From Camelus ferus (Eukaryota), in the NCBI RefSeq assembly GCF_009834535.1, contig NC_045697.1, positions 47,308,001 to 47,372,000 of the forward strand: a DNA stretch of 64,000 nt. Reading direction: 5' to 3'. Positions 1 to 12,540 of the stretch are shown here, one piece after another (position 1 is the stretch's first letter; each line of letters starts with the position of its first letter). The notes under the pieces were generated by a model. That model had not been told where the DNA came from. It saw nothing but the letters and a program-made list of their open reading frames with translations, and did not search any database. The translations under genes and the position numbers were made by a program.

Positions 1-162
1 AGAATCCCCAACACTAAAGAGAGAGCAAGAAGTACCATACCCTAGGTGTCTGCGTTTCTCCCAGTGAAGGAGCTATGAAACAAACACTTCATGGTTATTA
101 GCTATTATTGTTAATAATACCATTTCTTGAACTTTTGCTAGGTATATCACTGTGCTTAGTGC

Positions 163-165
<3 letters not shown>

Positions 166-195
<30 letters not shown>
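166..195 (+). repeat. (AC)15 microsatellite
   Basis: Perfect dinucleotide run. Confidence 0.95.
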
Positions 196-197
<2 letters not shown>

Positions 198-329
198 CTG
201 CATACTACAAATTTGTCTGTGTCCATGATTCTTAATAACAGAGTTTATACTATGGCTGTATTTTTGGTGGTCACCATCCATTAGTGAATCATGAAATTAA
301 TTTAATGGGTAGAGATAAACTCAATCTTA

Positions 330-490
330 TAACATCCTTGTGAAGCGAGTTATATTATCCCCAGTTTACAGATGAGAAACACCAGACCTTAGGAGGTTAA
401 GTAACTCACCCAAGTGCACAGAGTTAGTAAGAAGTAAGCATGCATTTGGAGCCTTTCTGTCTCCAAAACCTTGTCTTAACTACTAAGGCT
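330..490 (-). mobile_element. MIR
   Basis: TTATCCCCAGTTTACAGATGAGAAAC...GGTTAAGTAACTCACCCAAG core. Confidence 0.78.
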
Positions 491-1430
491 ATGTTACATC
501 AGTTAGCAGTTCTGGCTGTGTCACATTACAAACATGACTATATAGAGAAGAATACCTAGCTCCTAATGTGCTCTAGAAAGGAGAGCTTAAGGCTTGTGCG
601 TCATTAACCAGCTTGCATTGTGTTGAATATAGGCTTGACTAGCAAGTGTGTGTCTGCGTGTGTGTCTGCGTGTTTAATTAGAGTTATGGAAAAAATTTTA
701 TAGGACTCAATATCATTAATAGAAATGTCAAAACTCTTGAGTGATTTCTTAAGCAAAGAGTTTTTTACTTTTAAAATTTCACAATCTCATCTTATATTTA
801 CATGGTACTTCACAACTTATAAACAGGGCTTTCCTGGATGCAACGTGATCCTCAAGCATTCTATAGTCTCTATACATGCGGGGTTTGGATGGCACAGGCT
901 CTAAGAGTGGTTATAGCTGATAACGCCTAGTTATCAGCAGGAAAGACAGCACATCTTGGCCACAAACCAATAGTATAAAAATGGTGCTTACAGATAATCT
1001 GCCATTATCAAATTCCAAGCTCTTAAAGAGGTAGAAAAGCCACCAAATGAATGATCAAACAGATGTATTTAATAGGTCCTAAAATGTTAAACATAAAAAT
1101 GCAATCAATACATTGACTCTGGAATGCCAACAGCTTTTGAAGAAAACACCTCTACATTTCAGAAATAACTGTGATGGTGTTTGTTAAATATATTTATTTC
1201 AGAAAGAGCTCCCCCAATTACTAGGATCACATCAGTTGTCAGCATTTGTACACTGTCTCACTCACTCTTTGCTTTTTTAGGAAAAAAAAATATTACAGAT
1301 ACTCACACAAACTGTATCCCTTCCAGTTTGTGCTGCCGTTTTATTCAAGTTTCAGTAAGACCTTAACTACCCTCAAAACCTTCCTTGTGAGTTGGTCATA
1401 ATGCCCATCAATTTCTGCTGCAGGTTAAGG

Positions 1431-1658
1431 CAATGTGGGTGGTCACAACCCACTCATGAAATCAATTTAGTGAGTACAGACAAGCAATTTTTTAAAAAGT
1501 GAAACAAAACAGACTAGAAAATGTCAGAATGTATTACAGATAGGAAAAGTAAGCATGTTTTGTGAAACTTTTATTTGTGTTTTCTGTGTGTATTATGTGC
1601 TTACAGAGTGTTGATACTTAACGTGGGTTGCAGTCAAAATAAGATTTGAAAGCCACTG
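1431..1658. mobile_element. hAT-Charlie-type MER element (related fragment at ~265-310)
   Basis: Ends TTTGAAAGCCACTG (Charlie-like TIR); internal CATGAAATCAATTTAGTG also echoed at ~288-310. Confidence 0.6.
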
Positions 1659-2104
1659 AATTAAGGCATTATCTTCAAAAGATATTTCAATGAAAATACA
1701 GTTTGGGGGTGGTTGGCTCGGAATGCACAGACATGTTGCTATGTGTAGTGGAGGCTGGAGGAAACTACTGAGAGGTGAGGGGAGTTGACAGCCAAAGCAC
1801 AAGGAGGAAAAGGGAGCAGAGCTCCCGTGGTCCAGAGTTTGACCTAGTGGTAGTCCTACTCTGATCCCAGCTGTGACTAATGAGATGAAGATATACCTCT
1901 GGGTACCACTGGTAGGGAGAAGAGGGAAATGGAGAGGAAGAGAGAGAAGAGGCAAAGAGGGCAAAAAGGGGAGTGTCAGAGTAGGATTGTGCAAGGCAGA
2001 ACAAAGGTTGCAGTTTATTTTTGAAAAAGACAGAGGGAAAGAAGAGGCAAGAGCAAAAACTAAGATGTACAGGATGAAGCTTGGCAGATCTACGTTAAAA
2101 GGAT

Positions 2105-2480
2105 GACTTCAGCTGCAGTAGCATGAGTGTGACTTGAACGGCTTAAACAACAAAGAAGTATATTGATTAATCTACTGGTTCAGTCATGTCATAAGGACCA
2201 TCCACAGCTTTAACCTCAATTTTGTTCTTCTTGTGGATTTAGGATGACTATATGAGCAACTGGGACTATGTTCTTCTTTATTTCCATCCAAGGAGAAAAA
2301 GAAGGCATTCCTGTGGTTCTCTGACCAGCAAGGGATAACTTCCCAGAATCCTCCAACAAACTTCTGTTTCCATCTTACTGGCCAGAACTGAATCACATGC
2401 CCATTCCTGAGTGGGTGACTGACAGAGGGTGGTCATTGTCGGACTTCGCTCTGCAGCTGGGAATCAACCTCCTCCAGGCA
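2105..2480 (-). mobile_element. Old MLT1-type MaLR LTR
   Basis: GGCTTAAACAA and TGGCCAGAACTGAATCACATGCCCA motifs. Confidence 0.6.
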
Positions 2481-5311
2481 TATTTGAGAGGAAAGAAAAA
2501 TTGAGGTTCTTTTGAGAAGAAGGGAAAGTTGTTTTGCTGAGTAGGCAATCAACAAAGTTCACTACATACAAGAACCTTTAAAATTTTTGGTAGCATATCG
2601 TACTAGTTCTAGTGGGCTTGATATCTAATATTTCTATCCTTTAAAGAGTTTCATCTTTAGAGACCTATTATGTTATTTTCCTTCTCATAGAAAAATGCTT
2701 TTAGGAGGCACTAAAATAAAAGCAAAGAAATCAAGTACAGAGAACTTCTATTTTACATATACTTCATTACCCAAAGAAATCTCAATTTTTACCCAAAAAT
2801 AATATGTTGTATTCACTCCCCAAAAGACAATGCACAATGATTGACTTCTGTTGGAACAAACATCAGGAAAGAGAACCACTAGCCATTGTGAAGAGCTTAT
2901 TTCTCTCTCTGACTCCCTCCCCCACTCAGAAGTTATACTTCAGCATTATCCTCATGTGTACTTGCCAACTTTCTGCATCATGACACAAAGACATTGCTGG
3001 TTAGGATCATTCTAGCCTGAAGAAAGGCAAGCGCAAAGCCAGCCAGGCTTAGATGAAATGCACACTGTTTGCTGAGTGGCGTGGTGTTTTGAGGGATCCC
3101 TTCATAAAAGACTAGCATAAAGTCAATAGCCCAGAGTTGCTCAGATCTGGGCTTTGGTTTCATTGCCACCACCCACCACTTCCCCACCCAGGAGAATTAC
3201 AGCTAAGTAGTGTTTTAGCTACATCCCCAGGGGAGTGTTGAGTAAGAAGTAAAGCATGCCGGGTCACCAATAAGTCATTTCTGGAAAAAAAGGACATTTC
3301 AGGAAAATTAAACAAAGTGTAGAAAAGCCTTAGCTTGCAATCTGTTGTTGCAGAGTTTGAATGATGACTTTCCTCCCAGCTTAAACAAACACCAAGCAGG
3401 AAGCGCTGAATAGGAAAAAAAAAAAAAAAATTCTGTCCAGAGCCATAGAAAAAGAATAGCTCATGATGACTGTCATCATGACCTCACTGCCCGATTAAAC
3501 AAAATGAAGGCAACTAGTTCTTTAATTCTTTCCAATTGAACTTCTGATGGTTTTCAGAAGTTCCACAGCAGAGACCTGAAAATCCAAGAAATCCAACCAG
3601 CCTGGAATGTGGTTTTTCAAAGTTACTTCAGACCTCAGCTAAATTCCCAAAATAGTTTAACCAGTTTGCCCTCGTGCTCTGGCTACAAGGTGCAGGTAAA
3701 TTGTTCTCCCTGGAACATCTACTAGTGGTAGGGCTCGGGGGAAAGTCACATGTATATCTTGTTCACAGGGATTTGTAAATACCTTGTGAAGTTTGCAATC
3801 CATACCCTTCTTGTGTGCACTTTGTGATTTTCTCTGTGGTGAACTCTGCTGTTATCCCCCTGCCTTACTTTTCCTCTGCTGCACAATTCCAATGTTTAGT
3901 TGTCTATTAATTGCCACTGTCGTACCATCCCACAACAATGTCAGCCCAAATTTATTAGCTGAGCTCACTGCTGGCTGGCTCCATAGCAACCAGCTGAAAA
4001 TATTATAGGACTTCCCCCATGAGCCCATACTGAACAAAAGCACATGACCACTTCTTTCTATTTTAACATTTGTCTACTTCAAGAGGAGCTGGGCAGAATT
4101 CAGGAAATATTTTTCAGCTGGGAACAGAAATAATCAACCAGGTCGAATGCTAACCCTTCTTTCTTTTGATGCCCTCCTGATTGTCATCTCGCTCTAATGA
4201 ATGACCCATTCACCTTGAATCAGTCAATTATGTTATCTGAATTTCTATTCTGTGCTTCCTAAAATTGACATTGCTAGGATGAATGAATTCTTATAATAGG
4301 TGGGGATCCAGCAAGCCCGTTGATATATTTGACTAAATAATTTCTCTTGTAAGATGTTTTTAAAATAATATTTTAAAATTTCAAAAGCTCCTTGGGGCAT
4401 TAACTAGCATTATGAAAAAAGCCCAAGACACTGATTTTTGTTCTCTTGTGAGACTCCTTCCAGCTTTAAAATGCTATGAATTTATGAATAGATGCTACTG
4501 TATTCCCAGTAGGAGATTCTGGATTATTATTTTTTATGAAGGTTGAAGAAATTAGATATTGACGAGGCGATGTGAATCGATGCATAAAGCACCAGAATAG
4601 CATGATTCTGCCATTGTTTAATAATGCACAAAATAGGTACTAAACAACTATTTCTTGAATCTTGTCAACGTTACATTTTTCAGTTGCCTGTTTGGTAATT
4701 ATACAAACTATATGTAGTGCTATTTTCAAAATGATGGCTCATTTTATGGAAATACATTTTATGGCTTGTATAACTGCAACATGTTTAGAAGGGAATTTAT
4801 TTCCTTTGTGCTTTGGTAGGATGAGATCTGTCTTTCCTACCATCCTACACGGGGTCTCCTTGTTTGCTTACGTACATGGATGACTTTAGAGAGGATTATG
4901 AAAGCACTCTTTTTCCTTCCATTAGATAGAAGTCAGGTATTAGAAGAGTGAAAGCCATAAAATTCCTCTTCAGGAATATGCCAAACCAGGCAAACAAACA
5001 GAAAAGCATTTGCCTCACTTGACCCTAACCATGCTAGTTCGGTTCAACGTCTTCTCTGCTGAGATCCGTCCCCTTGCATAGTCAGAGCTAGACCAGGTGA
5101 CGCACTTTGTTCCATAGGAGATAAAAGGGCACCCTTACCCCTTTTGGTGTTAAAGGCATCACCCCGTATCCTTTAGCAACCCTGCCAATTTACCACGACA
5201 ATTCTCTAACCACCTTTTGGAGCTTGCCGCCTGGTTCATATTTCAGACTCCTTACTTCAGTAACCAACTGAGTCATTCCAGGTGCATTCAGCCTGGGGTC
5301 TCCCTGGACCC

Positions 5312-5342
5312 CATCATCATCATCATTATCACCATCATCATC
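5312..5342 (+). repeat. Imperfect (CAT)n
   Basis: catcatcatcatcattatcaccatcatcatc. Confidence 0.85.
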
Positions 5343-6413
5343 GTATCTCACACATTGATTACTATGTGCCAGCTAAGCCGTATGCTTTACATGCATTATC
5401 TCATTTAAATCTTAAGACAACCCTATGAGGCAAGTACTGTTATTCTGTGCTCAGGTTATTAAGAAAGCATAGCAAATAAGTGATAGAGGCAGGACTTGAA
5501 CCCAAGCAGTGTCTTAACTGCTATTCTCTGCCTCCTCCCAACTCTTGCCCAAAGGGAGAACTGAGTACAAGCCCCTTGGGTAAGAGCCAGACTTCCTAAC
5601 CATATGGTGTCAGTGCCAATCTGAGGGAGGATGTAGGTCCAGCTGCACTGAATGATTCTGCTTTCCAATCGTCTTCCCTTAATTCTTAGTGACAAGAGGC
5701 CTTACTAATTTCCTTTGTATTTGAAATCAGCCTTTTACTTTTTATACATACAATATGCTACAGAGAGCCCAGATTGCATTTATTATGGGCTATTGTGCCC
5801 TTTGTCTCTGTTCACAAGGGCTCTGGCTTGGCCTTAGCTTGTAGGTGAAGTCATCTTAGAAAAAGTCAAGAGCCACAGAAACAGGGTTTAAAAAACGACA
5901 AACATTGCAGGCATTTGTTTTACACTCCCACAGTCTTTATTTTCCAATTTCTGTTAGTTGAAAACAAGAATAGTAAGACTTCTTAGAAAACAGTGGCTCT
6001 TTAGATATATCCACAACTACCTATAAACAAAAGCCAAATATACTCACCCCACACAAACCAGACAATATTAAGACGTCTTGGGAAGTGCCTTTTATCTGTA
6101 GGTATGCTGCAGAAACATAATCCCAGAAATGAAGGGAAGACATATATGGCAATTACTTGCTTACTCTTTTTTATGGCATATAAACCAAAACAATAAAAAG
6201 ACTAAAGTGGGGGTTCCGTAAGAACTTCGTGGTGACTTTTAACGGTGGCACTTTCAGTTGTCATCTCAGTCGGTCTGATCAGAGATATTACAGAGGAAGA
6301 GAAGGTCCCTCTGAGGACCTGTCTTGCCTCCTGGAGACAATCAAGGCAAGAGAATAGTTCCACTGGGGATTATATGGGTGCAGGGCAGGAATATTGCTAG
6401 GGAAAAGAACAAA

Positions 6414-6560
6414 GGGGGGAGGGTATAGCTCAATGGTAGAGTGCATGCTTAGCATGCACAAGGTCCTGAGTTCAATTCCCAGTACCTCCATTAAAATAAA
6501 TAAATAAACAATAAATTTTAGAAAACCTAATTACCTTCCCCCCAAAAAATAAAAAAAAAT
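6414..6560 (+). mobile_element. tRNA-derived SINE (camelid vic-1 type), copy 1 of a tandem pair
   Basis: GGGGAGGGTATAGCTCAATGGTAGAG (A box) ... GAGTTCAATTCCC (B box) AGTACCTCC, then AT-rich tail with AAACCTAATTACC. Confidence 0.85.
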
Positions 6561-6570
6561 TTTAAGGGCT

Positions 6571-6722
6571 GGGAAGGGTATAGCTCCATGGTAGAGTACA
6601 TTCTTAGCATGCACAAGGTCTTGGTTCAATCCTCAGTACCTCCAACAAATAAACAAACAAACGAGCAAAAAACAAACAAACCTAATTACCTGCCCCCTCC
6701 AACAACAACAAAAAAGGAAAAA
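6571..6722 (+). mobile_element. tRNA-derived SINE (vic-1 type), copy 2, head-to-tail with copy 1
   Basis: GGGAAGGGTATAGCTCCATGGTAGAG...GGTTCAATCCTCAGTACCTCC, (AAAC)n tail, AAACCTAATTACC. Confidence 0.85.
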
Positions 6723-6994
6723 ACGGCCCTTTCACTTAATAAGAATAAATAGAAACCTAGCAAAAGCCTTCAGTTGGTAGGAAGTGAAACGTAGTTATGA
6801 GTTCTGAGTGACAGAAACAGGAAGGAAGAGGGTGCAGTCCCTCAGGATGTGTCACGTTTAGCCTGTTAGGAAACCACACGACAGGGCACGTGGTAAACTC
6901 TATCTCTGCTCCTGCCTCAACCGTCTCCTCTTGGAATCTTAAATCATGTTGGATTTTGATCTAATGAGCAGGATAACTGATCCTGAAAGGTGAT

Positions 6995-7110
6995 CACCCA
7001 CCTGAATACAAGGTTCTGGACAGCAGGGATCTAGTCTGTTTTGTTAACAGCTGTACTGTGAGCACCTGGAACATAGTAGGTGCTCAGTGAGTATTTGTTG
7101 AATGAATACA
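6995..7110 (+). mobile_element. L2 3' end
   Basis: GTCTGTTTTGTT...CATAGTAGGTGCTCAGTGAGTATTTGTTGAATGAAT. Confidence 0.78.
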
Positions 7111-7679
7111 TGTGCACCTCAGAGCCCAATAATTTGACAGCAGCCTAAGAAATATTTGGGGCTTTTTTTTTTTTTTTTTTTTTTGCTCTTCACCTAAACA
7201 GTGATGACCAAAAAGAAAAGAAAACAGAAAAGAACAAGAAAAGAAGCAGGAGAGGTCCACTGTCATTTGCCATGTCAGCTGACTTATTTTGTTCATATTC
7301 AGTTTGTATTTGTGTCTTCCTTGTGGGAAAAAAATGCCAGAAGATTACCAAGGAATAATTGTGTTTTTGTGTAAGTGTGTGTGTTCATGTGTATGTGTTT
7401 GTAAGTGTTCATGTTGATGTAGGTATATCAAATCATATAAATATAGCCATATCTAGAGCTGACTTTAGTTAACTCTTCATCAACCCTCCTGAAATGAAAG
7501 ACTTTAGTAATTCTCCTGATTCAGCAGTAATTATTTAGAATTGTAAGAAACGAGGTTGAGTCATTAACAAAACAGCCCATCCCTACTAATAAGAGAAAGG
7601 TAATCTGGGAAGGTCACTCCTCCACCCCAGAAATCTCATGACATCTAAATTGGGAGCTGGTGGCCATGTAAACAAATTC

Positions 7680-8115
7680 AAATTACCTTCCAGCAAAAAC
7701 CTCAAACGACTTGTTTGCGATGGTTTCGGCTAGGAGACCTGAATCCAGATCAAACTCTAAAGCCACAGAAATCCTGAAATAGCGGCAACAGAGACACAGT
7801 CATTACAGGAGGCTTAGGAAGGTTCAAAGGAGGTTAAAAAAAGAAAAAGAAAGAAGAGAAAAAGTGGCAGCAAGAGAAGCTGGTGGCGTTACCCATCCCT
7901 CCCGGAAATGTTGATGATATCCTCGGAAGAGGAAGGGGAAGGAGTTAGAGGGCAAAATGAGCAGCCTGGTCGGGGACAAAACAGGAAACAGGAGTGCTGA
8001 TGAAACTGAACCGTGAATCAGAAAGAGAGCAGAGCCTCAAAGCTTCAGGGCTGTTAAAGACACCGGAAGAGGGCAAAAGAAAAGTGGTGAGGACTGATTC
8101 CGAGTGAACTACGTA
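7680..8115. promoter_or_regulatory. ETS-motif cluster with raised CpG; possible lncRNA promoter or enhancer
   Basis: CCCGGAAATG (7901), TCGGAAGAGGAAG (7923), ACCGGAAG (8062); minus-strand donor-like AG|GTAATT at 7687/7686. Confidence 0.35.
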
Positions 8116-9375
8116 TTAAATAATGCATTTACAAACAGATAATGAAGTCTCAGGTTTCCTATTGAAATGACCTGGAAACAGACTCAGGTCTATTAGAGTC
8201 ATTCCAGGGGGTTCCTATTATACTAGATTTGCACTGGATCAAATATTGCTTGAACTAAGCAGACCTTCACATTTAGGGGAATCCTTTTGTTGTTGATCTA
8301 TAGAGATATCTCATGATAGTGTTGGTTAATAGTAATAGATAACGTTTAGGACGTTGCCCATGTTGACCTAAATAAGGAGATAAACTAAGGCAAGCTCCCA
8401 GAATCTTTTTTTTTTTCCTTTGCCAACCTTTAGAAGGGGAGACAATGGTCAGTAAAATGCCCAGAATTTAGGAGCAACCCAAGGAAGGAAAAAAGGCGTC
8501 TAGAGACAATAAGTTCTAGAGTGGTAGAACATGAAATCCAGCTAGGATGTTATAAATTACAGAGTTCAATTCCCTTATTAAAGTGAGTAACATTCTGACA
8601 CCCCCCAATTAACAGTCTTGCTAAAACTGTCTTAGTATGTGACAAAAATTACTTGACCAAATAAGGGATGACGAGTAGTTATTTTTCTTATATTTACTTA
8701 ATAATATTGAAATACTCTGGGGGAATTACTGGGTTAATAAGCTAATGTAATGAATATTGTTATTCATAAAATAACAACAATTTAGTGTGGTTAAGTGATT
8801 TGCCCAAAGTCACGTAACAAATTTGCTTTTTCAAATTTCTCCAAGCCTCATTTCATCCAGGAATTATACTATTGCCAGCAAGGCCCAAATTGGATTGAAT
8901 TTCAGCTTATGTCATATAGTGATAGTTGTTTGTAAAGGAATGAAAACCTTGCTTCGACATCGAGATCTTATGTTTCTCATTTGGCTGCCACCCCAGTACT
9001 GTGGCATGTGGAGGAGACTTCCTCAAACAGTCAGGACAGTTTGGGACGCTCCACTGCTCTTTCCTAACCCAGCTGGTTTGCCAGGCTCCTTGGGTTAGGA
9101 AATGAGCTCCTCAGGCACTGTTGCTCAGAGTTATTTAAAGTCTTAAAGGCAAATTCTAAATAAACAGAAAGTCCCGCAAATACACATATGGATTAGGTCA
9201 ACACAAAATACCAAAAGGATTTTACTCGGAGCACAATTGTGTTGCCAAGAATTTGAGGACAGATGTAGAAAGATGAACATGCTGTGACCACAGTGGAAGG
9301 ACATTCTTCTGTGCTGAAAAAATTTCCGGGATGCCTCGTTTTATGCTGGTGTTGATGTCAATATGCTTTTTAGTA

Positions 9376-9683
9376 CAGTCAGCCCTCTGTATTTGCGGTT
9401 CTGCCTCTGTGGATTCAATCAACCACAGGTGGAAAACGTTGAGGAAAAAAATAGTTCCAGAAAGTAAAGTTCCAAAAAAGCAGAAGTTGAATTTGCTGCA
9501 TGCTGCCAACTATTTACTTAGCATTTACATTATATTAAGTATTATAAGCAATCTAGAAATGATTTAAAATATATGGGAGGATATACGTAGGTTATACACA
9601 ACTATGCCATTTTATGAGGGACTTGCGCATCCGAGGATTTTGGTATCCACGGGGGTCCTGAAACCAACCCCCTGTGAATACTG
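9376..9683 (-). mobile_element. MER2/MER2B (Tigger-family) DNA transposon
   Basis: TA + CAGTCAGCCCTCTGTAT terminus; GGATTTTGGTATCCACGGGGGTCCTGAAACCAA at the other end. Confidence 0.85.
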
Positions 9684-10024
9684 TAAATGCTTCTGGGCTA
9701 AGGCTCTCAGGGAAGAGTTGTCAGCTTAGTTCCATGTAGGATGTGTTTCTAAACTAGACATCTACGATTTCCTTTGATTTGGATTATGAGGCTCAAATTT
9801 AATCACGTAATGAAACACTTGAAAATCATGTTGCTTTTTACAGAATGAAATAAAATACAAATACTTGTTATAGAAAAAGTATATTGTTTTTTATTGAATC
9901 AGATATATTGTGTACTATTATGAAAAGCTGGTAATATTAAAATCAAAAGAATAGGAAATACTATGGAGGAAAATTTAAAATTGAGGAAATTCTATCCACT
10001 GACTTATCTTTTTTCTTAATATTT

Positions 10025-10522
10025 TGTGTGGAAGAGACTGCTTGTTGTCTACCCTTACCTCCCATTTCCCCTTCCTCCTTAACAGAACCCTAATTTTTAG
10101 CTAGACACAGAGTCTCTGTGGAAAACTACATTTCCCAGCCTCCTTTGGGGCTAAGTGTGGCCACGTAACTATTTTCTGTCAATTTCATAAAAGCGACATT
10201 CCTAGCTGGGAAGCCCAGACAGGCTGCTGAAAGGGATTCTGCTCAGCTAGGAGGGGTCCTTTCTGCTTTTCCTTTTTCTGACCTGCAATGCAGATGTGAT
10301 AAATGGAACTATAACAGCCCTGAGATGGCCTTAATAATAAAAGCCACATGTTAGGACAATGGAGAAGAAAGATACAACACCCTGCAATGGCCATAGTTGG
10401 ACTGTCTCCCTCCAGACTTCTTTTATCTGAGGGAAAAAATCTCCCCAAATTCTGACTTTCTTTAGGCACTGGTAGTGTATTTTTGTGTGTGTGTGCAGCA
10501 AAACCTAATCCTAACTGATACA
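10025..10522 (+). mobile_element. MLT1J-like MaLR LTR
   Basis: ACTACATTTCCCAGCCTCCTTTG...GTGTGGCCACGTAAC; ends CCTAACTGATACA. Confidence 0.75.
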
Positions 10523-11602
10523 TTAGCAATAAAAAATCCTCTAATATTGAATTTTAGAGGTTGAACACCTAAAACTACTAGTAGTCGGTATAATACTGAA
10601 GTATAGTTTGAACCACAGGTTTGGTTATTATTGTGTGCTTTCTTAGAGAAGCTATAAAAAGAATGATTGAAACTAACTTCTATTTTTAGTTTTGGAAATC
10701 TTGCTTTTACCAAAAAACAAAAAAGAAGAAGAAGAAGAAAAGGAACATTTCATTAGATTTTATTAGTTCCTAGATTCATTCTCTCTCTCTCACTAATATC
10801 TAGCAATGGTCTAAGTTTCATGTTACTCAAAATATCTACTTTCCTACACATTTATAGACAAACATAATTATTTCCATTTTTACAGAGGTAGCAACTGGAT
10901 TTTCCTCTTCATTACATCATTCTGAGGTACATAAGACTATTATTATCACTAATACACATAAAGCAGAATCATGAAATGCTCATGTGATCCGAGCCAATCC
11001 CTTGAAAACAAGTTGGCATCTAATAAGTACCTGCCGGCTGCCTGGATGGGTGACAGGGTGAGTGAATGAATAAGGGATATGAGGCCTAGGTCAGTTAAAG
11101 GAGGTATCTGTCCCAACACTGGAATTAAAACTAGGATTTCCTCACCGCCAGTCTAATTTTTTTCCCCATTACACTATGCTGCCTCTCCCTAGAAATTCAC
11201 TCTCCAGTTTGCTGAGTTGCCCCTTTGGGTGGACTGTCAGTGAAAGGCAGTGTTCAGACGGTCATCAATGGTGAACTTCAACTGATGCCCAGCACAACAC
11301 AGCACACACAAAAGAGTTTGCTTTCACTGGCAGCTCTCCCAATCTTCACATTTAATACTGTGCCAACAGCCATTGTCCTTGACAAGTGACTATGCTGTGG
11401 CAACACAGGATTCCCTCTAGCAAAGTCCTTCACATGGATAGCCAGCAAGGAGTTCCATTTCTAGCTGGGCCTGACCCCTTCACACAGCTAGACTGTTTCA
11501 CTTGAGAAAACATTCCAGGAGGCTCTGCATTCTGGTGGTGGTGGTTTCTCTTGAGGGTTTAAAGATTTGAACAAGAAACACCTGAGCCATAGTGGACTTG
11601 AT

Positions 11603-11773
11603 AAAAAATTTTTAAAATTTTTTTTTTATTGAAGAATAGTTGATTTACAATGTTGTGTTAGTCTCTGGTGTACAGCATGGTGAATCAGTTACACACACCC
11701 ACACATATATATTCTTTTTCACATTCTTTTTCATTATAGGTTACTACAAGTTATTGAATATAGTTCCCTGTGC
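11603..11773 (-). mobile_element. 5'-truncated L1 3' end (artiodactyl-lineage L1)
   Basis: L1 3'UTR-like sequence with poly-A tail; perfect 11-bp TSD GTGGACTTGAT at 11592-11602 and 11774-11784. Confidence 0.85.
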
Positions 11774-12540
11774 GTGGACTTGATTATTTAGAACATTTTA
11801 TTCCTTCTTAACTAGCTGAGAAATGATTAAGAGCCAGAAAGACCTAAGACCATCACCCTGATTCACCCTACAATATGTCTCGAAAGTCAAGGTACATTGT
11901 TTTGCAGATAACCAAGGTAGAAATATTAAGTGATTTCTCCTAAGTCATTTAATTAGTCGATATATTAGCTATGAATTCTAAGTCCTGTATTAGGGAGCTA
12001 GTGGGAAGAAATTCTAAGCTTTCCACTTAACTAACTGTGTGGCTTCAAAGAAATTATTCTTTCTAAACCTCAATTTTAATATATTTGTAATTGGAATAAT
12101 ATTCTTTGACTCTCAAAGTTATTGAAGGTTTGAATGAGATACTGTAAGGTGCCTAGCAATTTAGAAGCCTCTCAATTCCGTATTGTTTTCATCCCCTTCC
12201 CCTTTGATCTGAGCTCCATTTTCAGAAATTCTTGCCACATTCTGTGACCAAGTACAAATGCTGAGTAACTCCGAATAACCGTTTTTCAAAACCTTCTTAT
12301 TTTGCTTTAATGGACGGAAGTTTTGAAATTCCTATAATATGTACTATTTACAAAAATAACCAAGAAGACACTTGGCCTGGTTCACTTGACCTGCGATCAT
12401 TCTGGTTCTTTTGTGTACTTTTGGCCCAGACTCTGTAATAGGAATCAGAATATTGGGTAGAGAGGTTTTGGTGCCTGTCACTTTCTCATGATCAGGACCC
12501 AGAAGTCCTTTCTGATGCTTTTACATAGTTTGCCTTTACG

